Shown: positions 1 through 8,954, counted from the stretch's first letter. The stretch is DNA of 24,238 bases from an uncultured Gemmatimonadota bacterium (GCA_964584035.1 CAZOYL010000013.1:9524-33761); one strand, 5' to 3'. The notes: generated by a model from the sequence alone, not told the origin. Program-made: numbers and translations.

Positions 1-558
1 ACCGATGCCCACGTTGCCCGTCTCGCGGTAGACATCGTCGCCGGAGATCGACCATGGATTGCTCCCCGGGCTGTAGGCAGCGGTGTCGGCATGTGCAGCA
101 TGTTCCGCCTCTGCCGCATAGTCGGCCATCTGGCTGTAGGCCACGCTGACGATGGCCTTGCGGGGGCTGAACACCTCGCTGCCCACCTCCATCTGTAAAT
201 AGAGGATCCGACCATCAAACAGATTCGTGGGAAATGAGGTCACGCTTCCCAGAAGGATAAAGAACTGCCCGTTGCTGACCTCGAGGGCCGGGTGGGTCTC
301 GGACCAGAGCTGGGTGCCGCCGGTGGAAGAATCATAGACCCGAAACGTCATCGCCAGGGTTTCGTTGACGGCGCCCGAATCGGCTGTGGCCAGATAGCCC
401 TGGTAGTTCAACAGGGCCGGAACCGTCTTGGAGAGATTCGAGAAATGTTCTTTCCCCTTGAAGTTCGAGTCGTCCCGGGCCATGGTCGCCGGCGCCAGGA
501 AAAACGCGGAGACCAGGATGGTCACGGTTGCAAAGAGGACCAGGTTGCTGGTTCTCAC
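1..558 (-). CDS. Secreted trimeric fibre / tail-fibre-like surface protein, N-terminal part (runs off the window edge; absent from the ORF track)
   Basis: GTG start at 558 with AGGAGG SD 6 nt upstream and an open frame to position 1. Translation: MRTSNLVLFATVTILVSAFFLAPATMA (signal peptide), VPALLNYQGYL...MTFRVYDSSTGGTQLWSETH...VSNGQFFILLG...SPRKAIVSVAYSQMADYAAEAEHAAHADTA...WSISGDDVYRETGNVGIG. The NYQG-L domain, A-x-x-A triads and GNVGIG motif are typical of tail-fibre-domain proteins. Confidence 0.8.
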   Translation of the reverse strand, partial: MRTSNLVLFATVTILVSAFFLAPATMARDDSNFKGKEHFSNLSKTVPALLNYQGYLATADSGAVNETLAMTFRVYDSSTGGTQLWSETHPALEVSNGQFFILLGSVTSFPTNLFDGRILYLQMEVGSEVFSPRKAIVSVAYSQMADYAAEAEHAAHADTAAYSPGSNPWSISGDDVYRETGNVGIG

Positions 559-653
559 GAAGCACCTCCTGAAGGAGTGGGGTGAAGAAGCGCGGACAGA
601 TGGAAATAGCGGCTGGGATCTTTCAACGGGAAAGCTTAGAAATATCCGTCCCC

Positions 654-682
654 ATTCTATCACTACTTGTTAGCTATGTCAA
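654..682 (-). promoter_or_regulatory. sigma70-type promoter for the fibre-like gene
   Basis: Minus strand reads TTGACA (682-677), 17 nt, TAGAAT (659-654), with a T-tract upstream. Confidence 0.75.
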
Positions 683-694
683 GAAAAAAATCAT

Positions 695-724
695 AATAAA
701 AGGGGCGCAGCGTGCTGCGCCCCT
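695..724 (-). terminator. Intrinsic terminator downstream of the flavin reductase gene
   Basis: Perfect inverted repeat AGGGGCGCAGC-GT-GCTGCGCCCCT (701-724), running into TTTTATT on the minus strand. Confidence 0.65.
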
Positions 725-824
725 CTAAGGTACATCTTTGCTTGTATCATCATCCGGTTTTTCACGACATATCGACGTCTCGGCTAAAGAATCGCCCCCT
801 ATCAACTCGGAGAGGGGAGAATGG

Positions 825-1373
825 TCAGATGGTGACGATTTTCTCCGGCGCACAGAAGGACGATCCCCCCAGATGATGGATCGTCCTGGCCGCCTCCCGG
901 TCCACCTGCCAGACCTCGTCCCACAGCCCCTCGGCGGCGCTGGCGGCCACGACCTGGCCCAGGAACAGGGTATGATCCCCGGCGGGGATATCTTTGACCA
1001 ACCGGCACTCCAGGTGGCCGATGCACTCGGCGATCAGGGGGGCGGAAACGATCTGAGCCGCTTCCCGCGTTAGGCCGGCCCCGGCGAACTTATCCCCGTC
1101 TCTCCCGGAGACGGTGCCGCAGTATACCGTCTTCTTCAGCAGAGAGAAGGGCGGGACATTGATGACGAACTCGCCGCTTTGAGAGATCAGGTCGTGAGAA
1201 TACCGGGAAGGACCTACGCTGATCACGGCCATGGGCGGCGAGGCGCTCACCGGGCTCTGCCAGGCCAGGGTGATGATGCTTTCTTTGCCATCGTGTTTGG
1301 AGGTAACCAGGATGGTACAACCATCGTTGATCAGGCGATTAGCACGTTTGAGAGGAATAGGTTTTTTATTCAT
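825..1373 (-). CDS. Flavin reductase family protein (flavoredoxin-like, FMN-binding split barrel)
   Basis: Motifs ILVTS, TLAWQSPVSASPP, GEFVINVP, CGTVSGRDGDKF, APLIAECIGHLECRL and GDHTLFLGQV; AAAGG SD. Confidence 0.9.
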   Translation of the reverse strand: MNKKPIPLKRANRLINDGCTILVTSKHDGKESIITLAWQSPVSASPPMAVISVGPSRYSHDLISQSGEFVINVPPFSLLKKTVYCGTVSGRDGDKFAGAGLTREAAQIVSAPLIAECIGHLECRLVKDIPAGDHTLFLGQVVAASAAEGLWDEVWQVDREAARTIHHLGGSSFCAPEKIVTI

Positions 1374-1520
1374 GATGCGACCTTTCTTTTAGATGTGTGC
1401 TGATCTGGATCCATTTTTTAATCCCGAAGATATGATACTTTTGGAAAATATCGGTGATGAATTAGAAAGACTCAGCCCCCCCCCGCGGGAACAAAAAATA
1501 TTATTTAACCTTAACCTCTC

Positions 1521-2867
1521 TTACCCCAACATCATCTTCGCCAACTTATAAAAGAACTTCGTCGCCAGCAGAAGATTCTCCTGGCTGATGCGCTCGTTGC
1601 GCCCGTGGACGATGCTGAACATCTCGGAGGGAGAGATGTCCGGCTTGAGAGGCATGAACCCGTAGGCCGGGATCCCCATCTGGCGGAAGAAGCGGGAATC
1701 GGTACCGCCGCTGACCATGTAGGGGACGAAGCCGCAGCCCGGATCCAGCTCCGACATGGTCTCGGTGATGGCCTGATAGAGGCCGGTGTCCTGCGGTGAG
1801 ACCGATCCCTCGTCGGCCTGGATGGGCTCGATGATCACCTCGTTCGATCCTCCCAGCGCCTCGGTGATGGTCCGGCGCAGATCCTCGGGGGTCTGTCCGG
1901 GCAGCAGCCGGCAGTCGATGACGGCTTCGCAGCGCTCCGGGATGATGTTCTCCTTGCTGCCGGACCGGATCATGGTGGGCGCGATGCTCAACCGCACCAG
2001 GGTGTTGATCTCGGCGGCCACGCGGGGATGGGTTTTCCAGAGTTCTTCCAGGAAATCGTCATCGACCGTGAACCCGTCCTTTTGAGGCCTTCCCAGGACC
2101 GACAGCCGGACCTTGATATACCGTTCCACGATCTCCGATTGGCTGATCGGCGTCTTCAGGGTTCCCAGGGCACATAGGTGTGCCGACATCTTCAGCAGGG
2201 CATTGTCGCGGTGTGGCATGCTGGCATGGCCCGGCGTGCCGCGGGTGATCAGCCGGGTCCAGAAGACACCCTTTTCGGCCACCTGAACGGTATAGACGTT
2301 CCGCCCGTCAACCGGCAGGGCGTGGCCGCCGCCCTCGTTGACCACGAAATCGGCCTTGACCAGTTCGGGCCGGTTCTTCGTCACCCAGCCGGCGCCCATG
2401 TCGCCGCCCTTCTCCTCGTCGGCCCACAGGGCCAGAACCAGGTCGCCCTGAGGCCGGAAGCCCTCCCGAAGCAGCATCAGAACGGCCACCACCTCAGGAG
2501 CCACCATGCCCTTGCAGTCCCAGGCTCCCCGGCCCCAGACGAAGCCGTCCCTGACCACGCCGTCGAAGGGCGGATGTTTCCAGCCCTCCTCCGAGGCGGG
2601 AACCACATCGAGATGGGACATCAGCAGAAGAGACTTTTTGGGGATTGATCTTTTTGGACCTTTCCCCGGCATGCGGGCGATCAGGCTGCCCCGGCCGGGG
2701 GCCGATTCGACGATCTCAGAGGTCAATCCCTCGGCCATCAGGAGTTCATGGATGTATTCCGCTGCGACCGTCTCGTTGCCCGGCGGGTTGGACGTGTCGA
2801 TTCTGATCAGCTGCGAGAGCAGCTCGGTGACTTCATTCTTGATGTGATCATCGTCGAAAGGGGACAC
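1521..2867 (-). CDS. M20/M25/M40 family metallo-hydrolase (ArgE/DapE/ACY1-like)
   Basis: Metal-binding motifs SHLDVVP, GRGAWDCKG, ADEEKGG, NEGGG, GHASMP, GGTDSRFFR and HGRNERI; GTG start with AAGGAG SD. Confidence 0.92.
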   Translation of the reverse strand: MSPFDDDHIKNEVTELLSQLIRIDTSNPPGNETVAAEYIHELLMAEGLTSEIVESAPGRGSLIARMPGKGPKRSIPKKSLLLMSHLDVVPASEEGWKHPPFDGVVRDGFVWGRGAWDCKGMVAPEVVAVLMLLREGFRPQGDLVLALWADEEKGGDMGAGWVTKNRPELVKADFVVNEGGGHALPVDGRNVYTVQVAEKGVFWTRLITRGTPGHASMPHRDNALLKMSAHLCALGTLKTPISQSEIVERYIKVRLSVLGRPQKDGFTVDDDFLEELWKTHPRVAAEINTLVRLSIAPTMIRSGSKENIIPERCEAVIDCRLLPGQTPEDLRRTITEALGGSNEVIIEPIQADEGSVSPQDTGLYQAITETMSELDPGCGFVPYMVSGGTDSRFFRQMGIPAYGFMPLKPDISPSEMFSIVHGRNERISQENLLLATKFFYKLAKMMLG

Positions 2868-2918
2868 GAAGAGCTCCTTTGGAGAGAATGAGGGTCAGGG
2901 TATCGTTCTCCGGTCGAA

Positions 2919-4790
2919 TTATTCCGGCGAGGTCAGAAGGATAAAATCAGGATCATACCACAGCGCCTCCAGATCGAAATCGGCCCGGGCCTGTCGGCGA
3001 TGGACGAATCCATCGGCACAGGCGGCTCGCAGCCAGCGCAAGGCCGAGCCTTTATCTCCCTGGATGGCATAGATGCAGGCCAGGTCGTATTTCGATTGAG
3101 GATAGGGAAAACAGTCCACCGCACGGGTGCCCAGCTCGACGGCCTGCTCATTCCGGCCCAGCCGGCTGAGGAGGATGCCGAGGGTTCCCAGATCCTCCGG
3201 CGGTACACCCTGAGGCTCGTCGCCGCCCAGTACGTCGACCAGAAGTTCCCACAGTTCATGAGAATTGCTCCGGTCGCCGCGGTCCGCATGCGCCAGGGCG
3301 GCATGATAGAGAAAATCCCAGTTAAACTCCTGTGTGCAGGCCGCCTCCAGATCGGCTACGGCTTGCCAGTAGCGTCTCTGCCGTAGCGAGAGCAACCCGC
3401 GAAGGTAGTAACCCGTGGCCGCGTCGCCGGACAGACGGAGAGCCTTATCCGCCAGGATCTCGGCCCGGTTGATCTGCTGCATGCGAAAACGGGCCAGCCC
3501 CAGCATCGCCAGAGCCCGGAGGTCGCCTGAAGCTTCTTCTTCCACCTGCTGCATGACCTCTTCCTGGCGTGCGGATCGGGCCGCTTCGAAGCACAGGAGC
3601 GCCAGGGTCATGTTCTCATCGATCCACCAGTACCGATTGCCCAGGTGAACGGAATATAAGGACAGCTCGTTCTCTGTCGCCTCGATGGCTTCTTCCAGAT
3701 GGCCCGTCATCTGGTGGGCCAGAGCCAATTGACCCCACCCAAGGATCCTTCTCAAATTCGGGATTTCATCGGATCGGATGTATATCTCCAACTCCTCGAT
3801 GGCTTCCTCCCACCGTCCCTGATGGATCAGCAGGCGGCTGAGCGTTAGAGGGACACCCTGGTTCCAGGCATAGTCGCGATGAACGAGAACGAGTTTTTGC
3901 AGTGTGGATACGGCGCCATCCAGGTCACCATCGATCATCCACAGACGCCATCCCAGAGCATAGAGCCGCTCCCATTCGGGCAAACGCTCGGAGAACTGCA
4001 GGGCCAGGACGAGAGCATCCTCGGGAAACTCCAGAGAGATATCCAGTGCCTGCGCCTGATCGGAAACCTTGGCTCTTAAAAAATGCGCCCGGGCGAAGCC
4101 GCTGTCGGCGGCCACAGCCAGAGTGAGGTGATCGGCCGCCCGGGGCAGGGAGACCTCGTCGGAAAGGATGTAATCCTCGATGGCCATGAGGTAATGATGG
4201 TAAGCGGGCAGTGAGCTCGTGATCGAGGCGGCGGCCGGACGAAGAACCGGTGGCTGTTCCCAATCCAGGGCAGTCAACAGGGCTCCAGCCAACCGGTCGA
4301 TGGCGGAGAAGATGCCGTCGGGATTCTCGATGATCTCCTGGTCTTTATAAAGAACGCTTTCTCCATCGGCGCCGAACAGCCGGATGTTGACCACGAAGGA
4401 ACCGTCCTGGCTCATGATCTCTCCCGTCAGCACCGATCGGGCGCCGAACAGCTGTATCGCCTCGATGGGTCTGACCGTGACCCCGCCCCGGAGAGACAGG
4501 GGACTGATCTGTTCCAGGAACCGTTCCAGATGAACCGTCTGCAGAGGAGACGAGCTGCTCAGGCCGGTGGCCAGCAGGTCGACCAGGGCGGTGCTCAGCC
4601 ACTGCCAGTCCTCTCCGGCCTGCCGGCTGTCGAAGGGCAATATGGCCACGGGACCGATATCTTCTCCGCTGAGATTCAGACGGCCGGGCTTCCGGGCTTC
4701 CCAGGGGCGCCAGACGGAAAGGAGGATGATGATCAAAAGGATGACGGTCAGGAGAACGGTCGAAGGGAGCGGGATCTTATTTTTCGTCAT
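2919..4790 (-). CDS. Membrane-anchored TolB_N-like alpha/beta domain + TPR repeat protein
   Basis: Likely start is ATG 4790 (MTKNKIP), preceded by a purine-rich stretch. One TM helix (VLLTVILLIIILLSVW), then VAILPF...WLSTALVDLLATGL...VNIRLFG, TSSLPAYHHYLMA, TPRs, and a C-terminal YDLACIYAIQG...DFDLEALWYDPDF TPR cap. Confidence 0.8.
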   Translation of the reverse strand: MTKNKIPLPSTVLLTVILLIIILLSVWRPWEARKPGRLNLSGEDIGPVAILPFDSRQAGEDWQWLSTALVDLLATGLSSSSPLQTVHLERFLEQISPLSLRGGVTVRPIEAIQLFGARSVLTGEIMSQDGSFVVNIRLFGADGESVLYKDQEIIENPDGIFSAIDRLAGALLTALDWEQPPVLRPAAASITSSLPAYHHYLMAIEDYILSDEVSLPRAADHLTLAVAADSGFARAHFLRAKVSDQAQALDISLEFPEDALVLALQFSERLPEWERLYALGWRLWMIDGDLDGAVSTLQKLVLVHRDYAWNQGVPLTLSRLLIHQGRWEEAIEELEIYIRSDEIPNLRRILGWGQLALAHQMTGHLEEAIEATENELSLYSVHLGNRYWWIDENMTLALLCFEAARSARQEEVMQQVEEEASGDLRALAMLGLARFRMQQINRAEILADKALRLSGDAATGYYLRGLLSLRQRRYWQAVADLEAACTQEFNWDFLYHAALAHADRGDRSNSHELWELLVDVLGGDEPQGVPPEDLGTLGILLSRLGRNEQAVELGTRAVDCFPYPQSKYDLACIYAIQGDKGSALRWLRAACADGFVHRRQARADFDLEALWYDPDFILLTSPE

Positions 4791-4811
4791 GTCCTGTTCC
4801 CTTCTCCATAG

Positions 4812-4853
4812 AAAAAAAACCCACACCCTGTCTCAACTTCCGGGTGTGGGTTT
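4812..4853 (-). terminator. Intrinsic terminator between the PP2C gene and the TPR gene
   Basis: Minus strand reads AAACCCACACCC, a 13-nt loop, GGGTGTGGG, then T8. Confidence 0.7.
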
Positions 4854-4931
4854 ATCCTCCACCGGGCGCAAAAAAAGCCGGCCGGACTGAACTGCGGTCC
4901 TGGCGATGTTGAACATTATCCATGGTTGTCT

Positions 4932-6266
4932 TCAGAGAATTTTGATGGCCACCAGCGTCATGTCATCCTGCTGCTGTGTTCCTCCGGTAAAGGCCTGTGC
5001 CTGGGACACGATTTCCGCCATCAGGGCCTCCGGATCGAGCTGGGCATGCTCGCCGAGCAGCGCCATCAACCGCTGTTCGCCGAATTCCTCCTCCCGGTCA
5101 TTCATCGCCTCGGTGATGCCGTCGGAAAACATCAGCAGGAGGTCGCCGGAGTTCAACGGTATGGTCTCATCTTCAAACGGCACATCAGGCAGCATGCCCA
5201 GGACGATGCCGCCGGTCTCCAGCCGCCGGCAGCAGGTGCCCCGGCTCATCAGCATGGGCGCGTTATGGCCGGCGTTGGTGCTGGTAAAGGTTTTCTCGGC
5301 CATGTCTAAAATGCCGTAGAACAGCGTGGCGTATTTGTCCGCGGCGGTGCTCTTATGCAGGGCGGTGTTGGCCTCGGTAATACAGTGTCCGGGAGAGCCG
5401 GAGGAGACGGCCTGGACCCGCAGCGTGGCCTGGATGTTTGACATCAGCAGCGAGGCCGGTACGCCTTTGCCGGAGACATCGGCGATGACTACGCCGAGGC
5501 GTTTCGGACCCATGGGGATGAAATCGTAATAGTCGCCGCCCACCTCCCGGGCCGGATAACTCAGACCGGCGATGCTGACCCCCGCGATCTGGGGATTTTC
5601 CTTGGGCAACAGGCTCTGCTGGATGTCCCGGGCCATCTGAAGCTCATGCTCCATCTGCTGCAGTCGCTTTTCCTCTTCATACAGCCGGGCGTTCTCCAGG
5701 ACCTGGGCCGACTGGGTGGCGATGATACCCACCAGACGTTCGTCCTCGCGGGTAAAGGGGCCATCTTTTTTGTTGATCAGATTGATCACTCCGATCATGC
5801 GATCCTTCACCTTCAGGGGAACACTCAGCACCGAACGGATCTGAATGTTCTCGACCTTGACGCCCCTGAACCGCTCGTCCGTTGAAAAATCCTCGATCAG
5901 GAGGGGCTTCTGGTTTTTCAGCATCCAGCCGGTCAGGCTGACCCCCAGGCGGTAGGGAATCCCGCCGCTGGAGGCGTCCATGCCCCGGATCAGGGTCTTC
6001 ATCGGGGAGGCGGCTTTCTCGGTGATCATCATGATGGCGCCCTGTTCCACGCCGATGGACTTGATCGATTCCTGCACGATCAGATTCATGATATCATCGG
6101 TCGACATGGTGGAGTCGATGGCCGCGGCCAGCTCGTTGAGGATGGTCAGCTCGGTCACAGCTCTTTTCAGCCGTCGATTTTCGTCTTCCAGAGAAGCGGG
6201 ATTTCCGGTCGGATCGGTTACGGTCATATTCAGCTCCGGGAGCAGGGTGACCTGACATGCTTCCAT
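4932..6266 (-). CDS. GAF-domain SpoIIE/PP2C-type (RsbU-like) protein phosphatase
   Basis: Coiled coil + GAF domain (SVLSVPL...IGVINLINKKDGPFTREDERL), then PP2C motifs ARDIQQSLLP, VGGDYYDF, IADVSGKGVPA, NAGH, FSDGITEA and DDMTLV. Start is uncertain (6266 or 6227). Confidence 0.92.
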   Translation of the reverse strand: MEACQVTLLPELNMTVTDPTGNPASLEDENRRLKRAVTELTILNELAAAIDSTMSTDDIMNLIVQESIKSIGVEQGAIMMITEKAASPMKTLIRGMDASSGGIPYRLGVSLTGWMLKNQKPLLIEDFSTDERFRGVKVENIQIRSVLSVPLKVKDRMIGVINLINKKDGPFTREDERLVGIIATQSAQVLENARLYEEEKRLQQMEHELQMARDIQQSLLPKENPQIAGVSIAGLSYPAREVGGDYYDFIPMGPKRLGVVIADVSGKGVPASLLMSNIQATLRVQAVSSGSPGHCITEANTALHKSTAADKYATLFYGILDMAEKTFTSTNAGHNAPMLMSRGTCCRRLETGGIVLGMLPDVPFEDETIPLNSGDLLLMFSDGITEAMNDREEEFGEQRLMALLGEHAQLDPEALMAEIVSQAQAFTGGTQQQDDMTLVAIKIL

Positions 6267-6303
6267 TCTTCGATCGGCACATCCTGGTGGTATCGTTTTG
6301 ACC

Positions 6304-7629
6304 TTACAGTTTCGTCGTCCTCTCCTTGAACGTGATCCCCAGATCTTCTAATTCCTTGAGCACCGGCTCATAGATCTCCGGCAGGACCGGGATGTGCACG
6401 CCGGTGGCCTTGATCTTCCCGTGCAGAACCATTTTGGCCGCCACGGCGGCCGGCAGGCTGACCGTCCGGGACATGGCCGAGTCGCCGTTGGGGATGCCGA
6501 AATCGATCAGGGTGGAGGTGATCTTTTCCTTGGCCGGCAGGTCGGGATATTCGGCGATAAACTCGTGATGCAGGACGATCATGTCGCGCTCGCCCGGTTC
6601 ATAGGGCATCTTTTCCAGCAGCCGCCCGGCCAGGATATCCAGCGGCGAGCCGGATTCCACCGGGAGGGGATCGTCATCCAGCAGGCCCAGCCATTCGAAG
6701 CGGTCCAGGATGGCCGAATTTTCCGGAATCTCGAATTGTTTGGCCAGATCGGCCCGGAGATTTCCGGTGGGTTTCTTCACCAGGGTACGGGTGAAGTCGG
6801 CATATGTTTTTCCCTGCCAGCCCGATCGTTCTTGTTCATCTAACAGTCCCAGGTCGACGAACTTTTTCCAGGTCTCGCACCAGCCGGGATTTCTCAGCGT
6901 TCCCCGGAACATGCTTTTGGCATCCTTCAGGCCGTAGGTATCGATGTACGGGATAGAGTCGCGGTTGGGATAGGCCGTCAGTTCCCCGATGCTTTCGATC
7001 TCGATGGTCCAGGTGTGGGTGAACAGATCCTCCGAGGGAACGTTCACCTCCCGGCCCTCCTTGAGATAGCGGCCGGTGTTCTTCCCGGCCAGAACGACCC
7101 CTCTGGGGCTCCAGGAAAATTTGTACCCGAAGGGATTGGTGTTGGCCTCAGGGGCCGGCAGGCCGCCGCAGTATGAGTAGAAGCTGACGATCTTGCCGCC
7201 GCGATCCTCAACCCCGTGAATGATCTTTATGGCCGACATGTGGTCGATCCCGGGATCCAGGCCGATCTCGTTGAGAAAAAGCAGATTCTTGTCTCTGACC
7301 TGCCGGTCCAGGTCCTGCATGGCCTCCTTGACATAGGAGGTGGTGATCAGATGCTTGGCCAGCTCCAGGCAGTGCTTGGCCACCACCGGGTGATAGGTCC
7401 AGGGCACCAGGCTGATGACCAAATCGGACTGCGAGATGAGATCCTTGAGATGGTCTTCCTCCTGAACGAGGAGCTGCCGGGCCTCGCCGCGAGAATGTCC
7501 ATCGACGAGTTTTTCCGCCTTGCTGACCGTCCGCGAGGCGACGATAACCTTGAAATCCGGCTGCTCCAGTAAATATCGCACCAGAGGACGGGTGACCAGT
7601 CCGGCGCCGAGAACGAGAACGCTTTTCAT
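6304..7629 (-). CDS. Saccharopine dehydrogenase (NAD(P), glutamate-forming; Lys9 / AASS C-terminal domain-like)
   Basis: Rossmann motif VLVLGAGLV, plus EIGLDPGIDH, SYCGGLPAPE, GYKFSWSPRG, AYPNRDS, RGTLR and SAMSRTV; AAGGAGG SD; ATGA overlap with the upstream gene. Confidence 0.93.
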   Translation of the reverse strand: MKSVLVLGAGLVTRPLVRYLLEQPDFKVIVASRTVSKAEKLVDGHSRGEARQLLVQEEDHLKDLISQSDLVISLVPWTYHPVVAKHCLELAKHLITTSYVKEAMQDLDRQVRDKNLLFLNEIGLDPGIDHMSAIKIIHGVEDRGGKIVSFYSYCGGLPAPEANTNPFGYKFSWSPRGVVLAGKNTGRYLKEGREVNVPSEDLFTHTWTIEIESIGELTAYPNRDSIPYIDTYGLKDAKSMFRGTLRNPGWCETWKKFVDLGLLDEQERSGWQGKTYADFTRTLVKKPTGNLRADLAKQFEIPENSAILDRFEWLGLLDDDPLPVESGSPLDILAGRLLEKMPYEPGERDMIVLHHEFIAEYPDLPAKEKITSTLIDFGIPNGDSAMSRTVSLPAAVAAKMVLHGKIKATGVHIPVLPEIYEPVLKELEDLGITFKERTTKL

Positions 7630-8954
7630 AAAGGTGCCTCCTTTTGTAGATATTTCCCCAAATATTCATACTTCGGTGTGAACATTCCGCGATACACGAT
7701 CACCGCCCGTTTGATCTCCGGCGGCAGCCGGCAATCCTCGAAGTCCGCCGAGTAATCGGCCGAGACGATTTTGGGCACATAGGGAAGCAGAATCCTGCCG
7801 AAATCCCGGGAGGCGTCCCGGGGAAGTTCCGTGGGCAGATTGGACACCGCCAGGATGACCGGACCGCGGCCTTCCCAGCCGTCGGGAGTCTGTCCGGTGG
7901 CCGGCTCGTAGACATAGATCGGCTTGTTCGAGTGGGTGGCGCGCAAGGTGCACTGGATGGCACCCTCCACATCGCAGCTGATATCGCCGATCACACGCAA
8001 TCTGGGCTGAGAACCCCCGGCGAAGAGGCGCTGAACGTCCTCGTTGGTCACCAGCCGGGGATAGCGCCGGTCCCAGTAGATGCAGTTCATAAGCACGGCG
8101 AGATGGGGCAGGTACCGGGAGAAGGCCGAGCGGTATTTTTCCGGATGCTGATAGTAGTCCTGGAGCTCGAAGTCGTTCCCGGAATCGATGGGTTCCACCA
8201 GGTGCTCTTCCTTGAAGACGACCTTGTAAATAATATCCGTGAAATGTTCCTGACCCGCCGCGACATCCGGGATCTCCGAGGGGTCGATCTCCTGAAAAGG
8301 CAGCAATTCCAGGATCTCCTGCGCTCCCCGGGAGACGTGCCCGTAGCCGGCAAACCCGAAGATCAGGGGCGTCAGGACGCGGGGGAGTCCATCACCGGCG
8401 ATGACTTTACCGGCTTCGGCGATGTGCGTCTTGGCCGTCGGCAGATCCGGGTATTCAAGGGCCCTCTGGATGGTCTCGAAGGGATTGGGGACGCCCTCCC
8501 ACCTCAGTCGCCCCCCCAGTGCCCAGAGGGCGTCGATCATTCCGGCCAGACCCGCGTGGCGGCCGAAGAAGATCAGCCGGCGTCCATCTTCGTCGGTAAT
8601 GGTCTCATAATCGATGAGGGTACAATTGAGATCCAAAATTCTGCGGAGCATGCCCATATTATACGGCTGGCCCTTGATGGTGTGGGAAAAGAAGATATAC
8701 ACCTTGTCGGGAGTGAGATCCTCTGTGGGGATCTCCTTGAGACCGAAGACGACGGGGCAGGGAGAGAGGTCCTCCTCGATGGAGGCGCCGGCCTGGGCAT
8801 ATCTTTGCTCCGGGATGGCGCGTTGTTCCGATGGCTGTACCCGGACCGCAATGCCGTGCTCCTGGACCAGCACCTGGACCTGCTCCGGGGTCAGGGCGAC
8901 CCGGTGCTCGAGTAAATTTTCGTCCTCTCGTCGGATACCGATGCAGCGTGACAT
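7626..8954 (-). CDS. Lysine-ketoglutarate reductase (AASS N-terminal domain-like; AlaDH/PNT fold)
   Basis: Motifs IGIRRED..EHRVALTP, FFSHTIKGQPYNM...LIDYE, FGRHAGLAGMID, GYGHVSRGAQEI, NCIYWDRRYPRL, DISCD and NLPTELPRDASRDFG parallel the LKR domain of eukaryotic AASS. Confidence 0.9.
   Translation of the reverse strand: MSRCIGIRREDENLLEHRVALTPEQVQVLVQEHGIAVRVQPSEQRAIPEQRYAQAGASIEEDLSPCPVVFGLKEIPTEDLTPDKVYIFFSHTIKGQPYNMGMLRRILDLNCTLIDYETITDEDGRRLIFFGRHAGLAGMIDALWALGGRLRWEGVPNPFETIQRALEYPDLPTAKTHIAEAGKVIAGDGLPRVLTPLIFGFAGYGHVSRGAQEILELLPFQEIDPSEIPDVAAGQEHFTDIIYKVVFKEEHLVEPIDSGNDFELQDYYQHPEKYRSAFSRYLPHLAVLMNCIYWDRRYPRLVTNEDVQRLFAGGSQPRLRVIGDISCDVEGAIQCTLRATHSNKPIYVYEPATGQTPDGWEGRGPVILAVSNLPTELPRDASRDFGRILLPYVPKIVSADYSADFEDCRLPPEIKRAVIVYRGMFTPKYEYLGKYLQKEAPL

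Noticed and set aside
292..673. Short ORFs 292..585, 332..565 and 428..673
   Set aside because: They are alternative-frame or antisense shadows of the fibre-like gene at 1..558, which has an SD, a promoter and recognisable motifs.
7626..7670. Programmed -1 frameshift fusing LKR and SDH into an AASS-like protein
   Set aside because: There is no canonical in-frame slippery heptamer, and the strong AAGGAGG SD with ATGA overlap is fully explained by translational coupling.
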